Shown here piece after piece: positions 10,627-21,267 of a stretch of 64,000 nt of DNA. Source of the stretch: Candidatus Eiseniibacteriota bacterium (GTDB lineage Bacteria > Eisenbacteria > RBG-16-71-46 > CAIMUX01 > VGJL01); NCBI GenBank assembly GCA_963792585.1, contig CAWBWI010000004.1, positions 256,001-320,000 on the forward strand. Direction: 5' to 3'. The position numbers and the translations under genes are program-made. Positions within the stretch are counted from its first letter, which is position 1. The number at the start of each line of letters is the position of its first letter. Below the pieces are notes generated by a model that saw only the letters and a program-made list of their open reading frames with translations, had not been told where the DNA came from and searched no databases.

Positions 10627-10978
10627 CCCCACGCCCGGCATGCCCCGCTCTCCTCAGCGTCCACCGCGAGCACGCAGTTACGTGAACCGTCCGCTCTGGG
10701 GTCCGGAGCGGACACCCGCGTCCACCACTCGGCGGTTAGAGAACGGAGAGGCGAGAGTTTCGGCTCATCTGCGGACCTTGCGTCCACCACTTCCCCGGAC
10801 GGCGTTCGACCAGAGAGTCACGCCGCCCGACCCACCTCTGCAAGACCTTCGCATTCCTGCGGATACAACGCGCCTTTTCGCGGGTCAGGGCCATCGCTTC
10901 GTCTACCACTCTCGGTCACGCGAGTTCGTTGCCCGCAGCTCCGGCTCCCCGCTCAGGACTGTTTACTAACGGTTCTCT
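10627..10978 (+). repeat. Intergenic repeat family, copy C (full length, about 350 bp)
   Basis: Left core CAGTTACGTGAACCGTCC; several CGTCCACCAC boxes; right end GGCTCCCCGCTCAGGACTGTTTACTAACGGTTCTC; colinear with copies E and I. Confidence 0.75.
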
Positions 10979-11119
10979 ATTCCAAACTCGGCACGCCCCC
11001 GTGACAACTCCGACGGAACACGGTGATGCTGCTCGGCATGAAGCCAAGGAGCGATCCTCTCTCATGGCAGAAAGAAGATCGCCCCCTGACTCAGAGGCTC
11101 GACTCAGGTTCGTCCCAGG

Positions 11120-14100
11120 TCATTTGGTCAGAACCAGTCGTCCCGTCGTGGTCCCCCGTGCGGTCACAACCCGGGCAAAGTAGACCCCTGTCGGTACCTC
11201 TCGCCCGTTGTCATCTCGCCCGTTCCATTGGGTCGAGAAGGAACCGGCCGGCCGCTCACCGTCCGCTAGCTGCCGCACGAGTGCTCCGGCCGCATTGAAT
11301 ATCTCCAGGGAGATAGCCGTCGCTGCAGGCAGGCGGTACAGGATCGAGACTGCTCCGGAGCTTGGACTCGGAGCCACAGAGAGAGTCAGCGACTCCACGT
11401 TCTGAGAGGTCCCATCAACAGTGGAATTCGGGCATAGGTTGGATTGGCAATCGGTTCCGTCTCCCAGGTAGATGCCTGGAGGTTCGCACCATTCCTGGGT
11501 TGTGAAGGTGCATGCACCGTCCTCGTGGCAGCAAGCACCGCCGGCCAAACGAATCAAGCCCAGGATGCCGCCACCTCCCGCGATGGCGAAGAAGTCGGAA
11601 TTGGGTTCCGGTATGTTACAATGGCCGCTGTCGTTGTACCCCCAAGCTACGATGGATCCATCGGCCCTGAGCCCCAGACTGTGCATCGCGCCTGCCGCGA
11701 CATCGACGAAGTCGGTGTATCCCGGAACATTGCACTGGCCTTGGTGGTTGCCCCCCCAGGCGACGATCTTCCCGTCGCTCTTGAGCCCCAGGTTGTGTTC
11801 GCCGCCTGCCGCAACGGCGACGAAACCGGTGTTGGGTGCTGGAACATCACACTGGCCGCTGGTGTTGAGCCCCCACGCCACGACGGAGCCGTTACCCTTG
11901 AGGCCCAGGCTGTGCCAGTAGCCTGCCGCAACGGCGACGAAACCGGTGTTGGGTGCAGGAACATTGCACTGGCCGCGGTCGTTTCGCTCCCACGCGACGA
12001 TCGACCCGTCAGTCTTGATGCCAAGGCTATGCCAGCGCCCAGCTGTGACGGCAATGAAACCCGTGTTTGGTTCCGGTACATTGCACTGGCCGTAGTAGTT
12101 CCACCCCCAGGCCACGATGGCCCCGTCGGCCTTGAGCCCCAGGCTGTTGTCGTCGCCTGCCGCGATGGCTACGAAGTCGGTGTTGGGGTCCGGTACGCTG
12201 CATTGGCCGAACTGGTCGTCTCCCCAGGCCGCGATGGAGCCGTCGGCCTTGAGTCCAAGGTTGTGCACGTATCCACCCGCGACGGCGACGAAGCCCGTGT
12301 TGGGTGCAGGTGCATTGCACTGGCCGTAGCCGTTGTCCCCCCACATCACGATGGAGCCGTAGGCCTTGAGTCCTAGGCTGTGGTTGGGTCCGGCCGCGAC
12401 AGCGACGAAGCCAGTGTTGGGTGCCGGTAAGGTGCACTGGCCGGAGCCGTTGTCCCCCCACGCCACGATGGAGCCATCGGCCTTGAGACCCAGGCTGTGC
12501 GCCTGCGCTGGCTCAATGCGTCCTCCTGCAGCTACGGCGACGAAGCCGGTGTTGGGTACCGGTACGTCACACTGGCCGTCCTCGTTGCTCCCCCATGCCA
12601 CGATGGAGCCGTCGGCTTTGAGCCCTAGGCTGTGCAAGTAGCCTGCCGCAACGGCGACGAAACCGGTGTTGGGTGCAGGAACATTGCACTGACCGCCCTC
12701 GTTCCACCCCCATGCCACGATGGAGCCGTCGGCCTTGAGGCCAAGGTTGTGATAGACGCCCGCCGCGATCGCCACGAAATCGGCATTGGGCAAGGGAACC
12801 TGATCGGTGGGCCCCCACGCCAGGATCGTCCCGTCGGCCTTGAGGCCTAGGCTGTGATTGCCGCCCGCCGCAACGGCGACGAAGTCGGCATTGGGTACAG
12901 GAACATTGCATTCATCATTGTAGTTGACTCCCCATGCCACAATCGAGCTGTCGGCCTTAAGGCCAAGGCTGTGGCCGGCGCCTGCCGCGACAGCGACGAA
13001 GTCTGCGTTGGGTGCCGGAACATTACACTGGCCGACAAGGTTGCGCCCCCACGCCAGGATCGAGCCGTCCGCCTTGAGGCCAAGGCTGTGCACCGCACCC
13101 GCGGCGATGGCGACGAGATCCTCAAGCGCGGTGGGTTCTACAACAACCATGTTGCCCCATCCCACGATGGTGCCACCGGGCGGCTGAGGACATGGATTCG
13201 GAAGGCAGGCCGTTCCCACACCCATCCAGACGTTCTGAGGAGCGCACAGGTACTCGGCCACGATCATGCACTGTCCGGTTGCTGGACTACAGCATGCACC
13301 CGGTGAGCAGGTTTCCGGTCCGCAAGTGCTGGGGTACCCTTGTGGATTCCCACCTTCGGAGCGGCAAGTGCTCTCGGTGACGAACTCACAGTGCCCGTCC
13401 GGGAAGCAGCATGCCATCGAGGGTTGGGAACACGGGTTGGGGTCGCAGCTCGCGCCCATGCCCGACGATCCCCCTCCTTCATCACAGGCAGCCAGAGACA
13501 ATTGCTCGCAGTGCCCATCGGGGAAGCAGCAGGCCATCGGAACGGATGGACAGGGATTCGGGTCGCATGAGCTCCCGGGCCCCTGAAAGGACCCACCGAG
13601 CTGGTTACAGTCAGCGTGCATCAAGACCTCGCAGTGCAAGTCCGCGAAGCAGCACGCACCGGGAACCGGAGGGGTTCTGTAGAATCTTTGACTCACGTCC
13701 AGGGCTACTCCGAACACCTCCCCACTAGTAGTCCAGTCCGGGTACGAGAAGTATGCGGAACGAAACGTAGCCTGGTGGCCAGTTACCTGTCCCGCTGCTA
13801 CGCGCCCCCATTGCGGTGGGAATACATGGTCGCACGCTTGAACTGAGAACCAGTATGTTCCCTCTCCGATGTTGGCCGCCACGGCCGCATGGTACTCGTA
13901 GACTGGTCCATAGAGGCCCTGACCTACATCAATCACCTCCGTCGGGGTGGATTCGAGATACTCATCCACGATGGAACCCGGAACGCCTCCAGCGTCAGCG
14001 TAGAACCGCAAGTTGAATGCAGTGACGTTGGGTTCGCCAGCTCCGTTGTAGTACTCCCCCCACCAGACAGCTTCATAGATGACCGTCGACGACGAGGAGT

Positions 14101-14356
14101 AGAAGTCGTTTGCGATTTCGGTCTCGAGCCCATACATGGCAATGATCTCTGATGTCAGCGGTTCTCCGTTGAGATCCGGAGGCTCGTCCCACCATCCGTC
14201 CCTGTCCCCGAGCAACACCGCCGGGGGGCCGCTCGCGCGATGAGGGGTCCCAAGCGTCGGCGAGCCAGCAATTCCAATTCCTTGGCAGAGCAGCAGGAAC
14301 ATCAAACAGAGACTCAAACAAAGGTATCCGATCCGCAACGACCCTTGGTCTTTCAT
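11120..14356 (-). CDS. Large secreted protein: N-terminal jelly-roll-like domain, 5 GACC modules, 14 RCC1-like repeats, FlgD-Ig tail
   Basis: 1078 aa intact ORF; 40-aa repeats 'FVAVAAGxxHSLGLKADGSIVAWGxNxxGQCNVPAPN'; tail 'PSPSSG...WNGRDDNG...GVYFARV'. Confidence 0.9.
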   Translation of the reverse strand: MKDQGSLRIGYLCLSLCLMFLLLCQGIGIAGSPTLGTPHRASGPPAVLLGDRDGWWDEPPDLNGEPLTSEIIAMYGLETEIANDFYSSSSTVIYEAVWWGEYYNGAGEPNVTAFNLRFYADAGGVPGSIVDEYLESTPTEVIDVGQGLYGPVYEYHAAVAANIGEGTYWFSVQACDHVFPPQWGRVAAGQVTGHQATFRSAYFSYPDWTTSGEVFGVALDVSQRFYRTPPVPGACCFADLHCEVLMHADCNQLGGSFQGPGSSCDPNPCPSVPMACCFPDGHCEQLSLAACDEGGGSSGMGASCDPNPCSQPSMACCFPDGHCEFVTESTCRSEGGNPQGYPSTCGPETCSPGACCSPATGQCMIVAEYLCAPQNVWMGVGTACLPNPCPQPPGGTIVGWGNMVVVEPTALEDLVAIAAGAVHSLGLKADGSILAWGRNLVGQCNVPAPNADFVAVAAGAGHSLGLKADSSIVAWGVNYNDECNVPVPNADFVAVAAGGNHSLGLKADGTILAWGPTDQVPLPNADFVAIAAGVYHNLGLKADGSIVAWGWNEGGQCNVPAPNTGFVAVAAGYLHSLGLKADGSIVAWGSNEDGQCDVPVPNTGFVAVAAGGRIEPAQAHSLGLKADGSIVAWGDNGSGQCTLPAPNTGFVAVAAGPNHSLGLKAYGSIVMWGDNGYGQCNAPAPNTGFVAVAGGYVHNLGLKADGSIAAWGDDQFGQCSVPDPNTDFVAIAAGDDNSLGLKADGAIVAWGWNYYGQCNVPEPNTGFIAVTAGRWHSLGIKTDGSIVAWERNDRGQCNVPAPNTGFVAVAAGYWHSLGLKGNGSVVAWGLNTSGQCDVPAPNTGFVAVAAGGEHNLGLKSDGKIVAWGGNHQGQCNVPGYTDFVDVAAGAMHSLGLRADGSIVAWGYNDSGHCNIPEPNSDFFAIAGGGGILGLIRLAGGACCHEDGACTFTTQEWCEPPGIYLGDGTDCQSNLCPNSTVDGTSQNVESLTLSVAPSPSSGAVSILYRLPAATAISLEIFNAAGALVRQLADGERPAGSFSTQWNGRDDNGREVPTGVYFARVVTARGTTTGRLVLTK

Positions 14357-14450
14357 CTGGCGGCCCCTTTCCCTTTGTACCAGCTCGGTTCCCGCTCAGT
14401 TGCAGAGCGTCAAACGCTCATCCAATGCTTTGACCTGGCCTCGTTCCTGT

Positions 14451-17400
14451 TCAACGCAGCACGATCAGACGGCTCGATTGCACCTCTCCCCCCATGCGAA
14501 GCCGGCAAACATAAACGCCTGAGGGGAGGATTCGTCCGGCGTCGTCGTTGCGCTTCCAGATCATCTGATGAACTCCGGCCGAATACGGCATTCGCGAAGC
14601 GAGTCGCCGGACGCAGCGGCCACTAACGTCATAGATGGCCAGATCGATCACTGCTTCCTTCGCGAGGCCAAACGCGATCGCCGTCTCGTTGGCGAAGGGG
14701 TTGGGTCTCCCGGGCATCAGTCCCATCGTCACCTGGGCCATGGGATCCTCAGTCCCCGTGGCGGGACAACCGAGACCGAGCGCTCCGATCAAGAGATCGC
14801 ATGGGCTATTCCAGGGCAAACACGGGGAACCGGACAAGAGGGTGTAATCCCCTCCGGGAGGGGGCGCGTCACATGGTTCTGGAGCACAGAACCTGGGATC
14901 CGAGAACACCTGCGGGCCGAGGTAGGTGATGCTGCCGCTCGCTCCCAATCGATCAAGCGCGCAGCAGGTCATCGTTAGGTTCGAACCAATCACTTCGTGG
15001 CCCAGTGGGTTGCTTGGGTTCGTGTTCCCCCAAAGGATGGTCCGGCTCACCTGCGTGTCGGTTCCGTCCAGCCCCCCCGTCCCATTCTCGTTGTCCGAGC
15101 AGTTGCTGCTGATGGTGCAGCTGATAATGCTCGAACTCGCGACCTCAATCCCCCTGCCAATGTTGCCCGTGATGACACAGTCGTTGACTTGGAGATTGCT
15201 TCCCCGGATCCCACCCGGGCTGCCGCGGTTACCGCTGACCGCGCAACCTGCGATCGTCAGGCTGTCCCCCACGACTCCACCGACGTCACCGTGATTGTCG
15301 GCGATCACGCAATCCCGAATCGTCGTATTGGAGCCGGCGTGCACTCCTCCCGCACCCATACCCCCGCTGTTGCCTCGAATGTCGCAACCCGCGATGACTC
15401 CCGCCGCGCAGTAGATCCCACCACCGTAAAGCGCATGGTTGGAGTCGATGGTGCATCCGGAGATATCTCCGTTATAGCAGGCGATGCCACCCCCGATTGC
15501 ACTTGCATTTGAGTACACGTAGTTGCCGGTGACAATGCAGTTCCGCATCGTCAGAATCGACGATTCGTCGCTATAGATCCCCGCCCCGCCAAATCCTGCT
15601 GGATATCTGCTGCTTCCCACGGTGCAGTCCGAGATCGTGCAGTCGGTCAGGAGAGGAGAAGCCGAAGCGCTGCAGTGGACGCCTGCACCCCGACCCCAGT
15701 GGTCGATTTGGAAGTTGATGATCTTGCAGCCCTTGATCCACGGCGAGGATGACAAGATGTGGATTCCGCCACCCCCGAACTCCGAGTATCCGCCGGATAG
15801 CGTTACCGCTTCGAGCACGGCCCGATTGTCTTCCCCGGAATCGAAGGTGAATCCGCCTGCTCCGCCGCATCCGATGACGCACTGGTCGGGGTCCCTGCTC
15901 TGCGAGCGAATCGTCACCAGCCGCCCGTGATAGTCAATCTGGCGATTGCCCGGCCCCGTGAAGGGCGTGCCGATCAGTTCGATCACGTCCCCGTTCGCGA
16001 GGTCCGTGTAGTCGATCGCCGCCTGAATCGTCGGGAAATACGGGGGCGATTCTCCACTCCCGTCGGAGCGGACATAGTAGACCGAGCCGCCGGGTGGCTG
16101 GGCGCACGGGTTCGGAGCGCAGGGCGTACCCACCCCCATCCAGACCTTGGGCAGTATGCACTGCTCCTCAGTCAGCATCGTGCAGCGTCCCGTTGTCGGG
16201 TTGCAGCACGCGCCATGGGGGCCAGTCAGCCCCAGGCCGTGCCAAGCCTCTGCCGCAATGGCCACGAAGCCGTTGTTGGGTTCCGGAACATTGCACTGGC
16301 CGTTGGCGTTGTCCCCCCACGCTACGATGGAGCCATCCGCCTTGAGGCCCAAACTGTGGTTACTCCCTGCCGCGACAGCGACGAAGCCGGTGTTTGGCGC
16401 CGGTACGTCGCGCTGGCCATCGGAGTTGCTCCCCCATGCAACGATGGTGCCGTTGGCCAGAAGTCCCAGACCGTGACTGGTCCCTGCCGCGACAGCGACG
16501 AAGCCGATGTTGGGTGCAGGAACATCGCACTGGCCTCCGGAGTTGCTCCCCCATGCCACGATGGAGCCATTCGCCTTGAGGCCCAGGCTGTGGTGGTGCC
16601 CTGCAGCAACTGCGACGAAATCGGCGTTCGGCGCGGGGACGTCGCACTGGCCGGAGGAGCTGCTCCCCCATGCCACAATGGAGCCGTCTGTCTTGAGCCC
16701 TAGGCTGTGGCTTGCGCCTCCCGCGACAGCGACATAGCCGATGTTGGGTGCAGGGACATCGCACTGACCGTAGCTGTTATACCCCCATGCAACGATCGAG
16801 CCGTCCGTCTTGAGCCCGAGGCTGTGAGTGGTCCCTGCCGCGACGGCGACAAAACCGGTGTTGGGCGCCGGCACATCGCACTGGCCGTATTGGTTATTGC
16901 CCCCCCACGCCACGATTGAGCCGTTAGCTTTCAAACCAAGACTGTGGTTATCTCCTCCGGCGACCGCGACAAACCCGAGGTTGGGTTCCGGCACGTCGCT
17001 GCCGAACTCCCACAACACGATCGACCCGCTGGGCGGCTGAGGGCATGGATTCGGAAAGCAGACTGTTCCCTCACCCATCCAGACGCCGGGGGCCGTGCAC
17101 TGCTCCTCGGCCATCACCATGCAGTTTCCCGTTACTGGACTGCAGCATGCGCCAAACTGTGGGCAGAGTGATTCGTCACAGGTGGTCGGATACCCGAGTG
17201 GAATCCCGCCTTCGAATATGCAGGTCTGTTCCGTGGTGAACTCACAGTGTCCGTCCAAAAGCAGCATGCCATCGAGGGTTGCGGACAGGTGTTCGGGTCG
17301 CAGTTGATACTGACGCCCGACGATCCCCCTCCTTCATCACAGGCAGCCTGAGACAATGGTTCGCAGTGCCCATCGGGGAAGCAGCATGCCATTGGAACGA

Positions 17401-18214
17401 ACGGGCAAGGGTTCGGGTCACAGGTGGTCTCGGGCCCCTGCCACACCCCGCCGAGTTGATCGCAGTTCAGCTCCACCAGAGATTCGCAATGCAGATCGAA
17501 ATAGCAACACGCTCCGACAACCGGCGGAGTTGTATAGAACCTCTGACTCGCGTCGAGGGGGATACCCCAGATTTGCTCAGTAGGAGTCCAGTCTGGGTAC
17601 CCAGCCCATTCAGAACGCAACATGGATTGGTAGCCGGTCACCTGGCCCGCTGAGAGGCGACCCCATTGCGGTGGGTACACATGGTCGCATGCTTGAACTG
17701 AGAACCAGTATGACCCTACTCCGATATCGACCGTCACGGATGCATGGTACTCGTAGATTGGTCCGTCGGGGCCCTGACCTTGAGGAATCGTCTCTGTAGG
17801 GGTAGTTCCGGGATACTCGGCAATGAGGGAACCCGGAACGCCACCCGCGTCATCGTAGAACCGCAGGTTGAATGCAGAGACGTTTGGCCCGGTTCCATCG
17901 TCGTTGAAGTACTCTCCCCACCACACGGCCTCATAGATGATCGTCGGCGCTGAGGAGTAGAAATCGTTTGCAGTTTCAGTCTCGAACCCAAGGATAGAAA
18001 TGATCTCTGAACTCATCACACTTCCGTACAAATCCGGTGGCTCGTCCCACCATCCCTCCCTATCCCCGGGCAACGCCACCGGCGGCCCGCTTGCGCGATG
18101 CGTGGGGCCAAGCGTCGGCGTACCCGCAAGCCCAATTGCCGGACAGAGCATCACGAAGATCAAGCAAAGACCCACGCAAAGGCATCCGATCCGCAACGAC
18201 CCTTGGTATTTCAT
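14451..18214 (-). CDS. Paralogous large secreted protein: GACC modules, 7 RCC1 repeats, right-handed beta-helix (pectin-lyase-like) domain, FlgD-Ig tail; one frameshift near 17258
   Basis: ORFs 17132-18274 and 14451-17267 join inside 'MACCF/LDGHC'; 'PTIQAAID', repeated 'GGGI' PbH1-like turns; tail 'PNPFANET'. Confidence 0.85.
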
Positions 18215-18680
18215 CTGGCGGCCCCTTTCCCTTTGTCCCAGTCGGCTCCGAGCAGCAGGACGCCAAGCGTTCACGTGGATTGGTGACCTCGGATGAACGG
18301 ACGATCACCCGCTCCACCGCTCGTACTCATCGGAAATCAATGGGATCAAGCTCGCGGCTCTCACAGTAAGTGCCCTTCCGGTCGCATCCGCGTAGTTGAA
18401 GGCGGGATAAGTGTACTCCCGTCGAGGGCGAAGGGCGCGGATGTAGTGGAGGAAGCCGTTTCTCTTCCTGGCCGCCGCCCGACAAGGCTACCCCAGGGAT
18501 CTGCCGCCCCAGGCGATGATTACGGGGCTTTGGGCCGGTTGGTCGGTGCGTCGGGGTGGAATACTTCCGATCGTGGCCATGCCCGATCCGAAACCCTCTC
18601 CTCACGACTCCGTCGATCAGTCATCGTGGCGACGACTCGCAATCTCGGGGATGACGCTCCCTATCGGGCCAGGACAACCC
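18215..18680. repeat. Long intergenic block duplicated at 28219-28682 (its first part also at about 14357-14430)
   Basis: Near-identical stretches, e.g. TGAACGGACGATCACC...CTCGTACTCATCGGAAATCAATGGGATCAAG...CTCACAGTAAGTGCCCTTCCGGTCGC. Confidence 0.85.
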
Positions 18681-19647
18681 TTCCCGTTGTTGATCCTTCC
18701 CCCGTCACGATCCGCGCGAAGTACACCCCCGTGGGCAGGTCGCGACCGTTGTCATCGTGGCCGTCCCAGGGCGTGAAGAACGCACCCGCGGGGCGCTGGC
18801 CCTCGTCGACTCTGCGCACCAGGCCACCCGCCGCATCGAACACCTCGATAGTGACTGCCGTGGGTCTAGGCAGGGTGTACCGGATCATGACCTGGCCGGT
18901 GCTCGGATTCGGGGTTGCGGTCAGCCGTAGCTCGCTGACCTGTGTCGCATCCTCCACCCCGGACACGCACGGGTTTGGCTCGCAGAAACTACCGGGCCCC
19001 ATAAAGACCCCGTCATACCCAACGCACTGAGCCTCTGACATCCGTTCGCAGTAGGTGTGGTGGCAGCAGGCTCCTACCAGGCATGGATTCGGGTCGCAGT
19101 CGGTGCCCCAACCCTGCCAGACGCCAGGGGCCGGGCAGTTGGCTTCCGTCGCCATCATGCAGGTGCCGTCAGGCTGGCAACACGCCGCGCCTAGGTCCTC
19201 CCGGTCGAGGTCTTCCCATCTAAAGAGGCCAGTTCCCGACGTCCAAATCCATACCTGCCCATCGTCGTAGGCGAACGGGATCATGTTTCCGTCTTGGCAG
19301 TCCATGTCCACGACGCTCGCCCCTTCCCGATGTGCGTCGACAAAGAACTCAAACCCCGAATACATCCCCGCAAGGTACACTTGATCGTCCGCATAGAGGA
19401 TCAGAAGCCCTGAGTACCTTGCCTGCATCCGCTTGATGGGGACATTCCTGTTCACGTCGGTCAACTGTGTGGGGGGACCACCACCCCTCCAGACCTGGTT
19501 GTCCTCGTAAGCAGCGAATACGACCTGATTGATCCCCGCCACGTCGACGATCTTCAGTAACTCGGCTTGTGACATTGCGGGAAGCAAGAGGAGCAAGGAA
19601 ACGACAGACACCAGCATCGCGGTTCTCACAGTAGGCCTCCCCTTCAT
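18661..19647 (-). CDS. Secreted protein with 2 GACC modules and FlgD-Ig tail
   Basis: Signal peptide (SQA|E); 'GAACCQPDGTC', 'GACCHHTYC'; tail ends 'GRVVLAR'. Confidence 0.85.
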   Translation of the reverse strand: MKGRPTVRTAMLVSVVSLLLLLPAMSQAELLKIVDVAGINQVVFAAYEDNQVWRGGGPPTQLTDVNRNVPIKRMQARYSGLLILYADDQVYLAGMYSGFEFFVDAHREGASVVDMDCQDGNMIPFAYDDGQVWIWTSGTGLFRWEDLDREDLGAACCQPDGTCMMATEANCPAPGVWQGWGTDCDPNPCLVGACCHHTYCERMSEAQCVGYDGVFMGPGSFCEPNPCVSGVEDATQVSELRLTATPNPSTGQVMIRYTLPRPTAVTIEVFDAAGGLVRRVDEGQRPAGAFFTPWDGHDDNGRDLPTGVYFARIVTGEGSTTGRVVLAR

Positions 19648-19849
19648 CGAATCCGCGTGATCGAAGGCGCGTCGAGTGTACCACGGGCGCGGGCCGGGCG
19701 GATAGCATCTGATTCAGCGGGGCTACCTGCACCTGTCTGCACGAGGCAAGGATGGCACGGGGGGGATGACAGCCGTTGACGTAGGGGTGGACGCCTATTC
19801 TTCTCGAAACCCTATCCGAGGAGGACGAACAAGGGACCGATTGTGGCTA

Positions 19850-20113
19850 TCACGGCACCTCGGGGCGCATCGGGAGCGCCACGAGTGTCCCGGCAAGGGC
19901 GCTAAGAGCGGCCTTCCTGGGGCTGTCAGATCGGGTCACGGCGGGGACTGGCTCTCTCTCTGTTTCGTCAACGTGGATGATCTGAACGTGCCCATCGGGG
20001 AGCATGTGGACCCGCGCTACTACGCACCATCTGCTGTCGTTCATGCCGCCCTCCGCTTGTTCCTCTGTGCGCTGTTCCTCGAACTTGGCGATCCGCGTCT
20101 CGAGATCGGCCAA
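19850..20113 (-). CDS. Hypothetical small protein or gene fragment
   Basis: 'ADLETRIAKFEE' coiled-coil-like start; no recognisable family. Confidence 0.25.
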   Translation of the reverse strand: MADLETRIAKFEEQRTEEQAEGGMNDSRWCVVARVHMLPDGHVQIIHVDETEREPVPAVTRSDSPRKAALSALAGTLVALPMRPEVP

Positions 20114-20204
20114 CTCGCGGACCCTCAGGAGCGCATCAACCCATCGCCTCGCCGCCGGTGCCTTGCCCTGCTTGTGGACGTCGCAGCCCCTTGGTCCCGA
20201 TAGT

Positions 20205-20366
20205 TCACTTCTTCTTCGTGGAGACCGCGAAGCTCGTGATCTTCTGCCGTACCTTGGAGGACTTGCACTCCGGACACTTGATCTTGGCTGTGTCGTGCTT
20301 GACCATCCCCATCGTTATCGTGAAGTTCTTCCCGCAAGCCTCGCACTTGTAGGCATACTCGGACAT
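20205..20366 (-). CDS. FmdB-family zinc-ribbon regulatory protein
   Basis: 'MSEYAYKCEACGKNF...IKCPECKSSKVRQKITSF'; RBS AGGAGG; TGCTATGAT extended -10 at 20421-20429. Confidence 0.85.
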   Translation of the reverse strand: MSEYAYKCEACGKNFTITMGMVKHDTAKIKCPECKSSKVRQKITSFAVSTKKK

Positions 20367-20478
20367 GACAAGACCTCCTTGGCAGACGAGAATCGGCGCG
20401 GTGGTCAATGTGGCGACTCGATCATAGCACGGGAGGGGTGTGGCAGGAGCATCGTCGGGCCGGGATCCGCGCGTCGAT

Positions 20479-20601
20479 CTACTCCAGAATCTCCAGGACC
20501 ACCCGCCTGTCCTCCTTCGCCGCGACGCCGCTCAGAATCGTCCGCAGCGCCTTCAGGGTGTGCCCGTGCTTCCCAATGACCTTGCCAAGATCGCCCTGGC
20601 C
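20479..20601 (-). pseudogene. khpA: 5'-truncated KH-domain RNA-binding protein (KhpA/YlqC-like) remnant
   Basis: Minus strand reads [40 protein letters not shown]; an in-frame TGA immediately precedes it and there is no N-terminal half. Confidence 0.7.
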
Positions 20602-21267
20602 TCAGCCGTCATCCCTGTCGCAACCGCAACCAGACCGAGGAATGCGACAGTGATCTGCCCCAGACACCCGCTGACGCGTGTGCGCTCGAAGCGGGGACCG
20701 TCGTCTGGATCTGATTGAGCATCTTCGTGGCCCCGCGCCGTTGACTTCACGCGAGCCAAGTACTCTGATCCGCCTCCGAGCGGCACATCCTCAAGTTTCC
20801 CTGAGGAACGGGCTGCCAGAATGTAGCTGTACTCCGGGTCAGCGAAGAATCTGGGACGAATAGTCCCTGTCGCTTCTATGAGCTCCATCCCGCTTGATGC
20901 GATTGTGGTTACGCCGGTTCGCTGAAGAGGCTGCTCGATCGGGATAGAGGCTCATCGAGCGTCGGTAGACAGCTCCCCTGGCCGTGTCCTGCGTTTCGCC
21001 CTTCCTGACCGGGCGCGGCGGCCCGGCGCTGCTTCAGATGTCGGTGGGTGCGGCTTCCCGGCAGGTGGGAACGAAAATGGCGTCATGGGCTGCCTCCGCA
21101 ACACCCACAACGCCTTCCGCTTTGTGGCCGGGCCGCTGTCTGGTGATATGTACCGATGCGGTGCGTTCACCGCGATGAATCAGTTTCTACGCGGGGAGCG
21201 GGAGCGTGTCAAGGGCGACCCGAGAAGCATCTGCTTCCCAGGCCGCCCCGATTCGCATGCCATCAGT

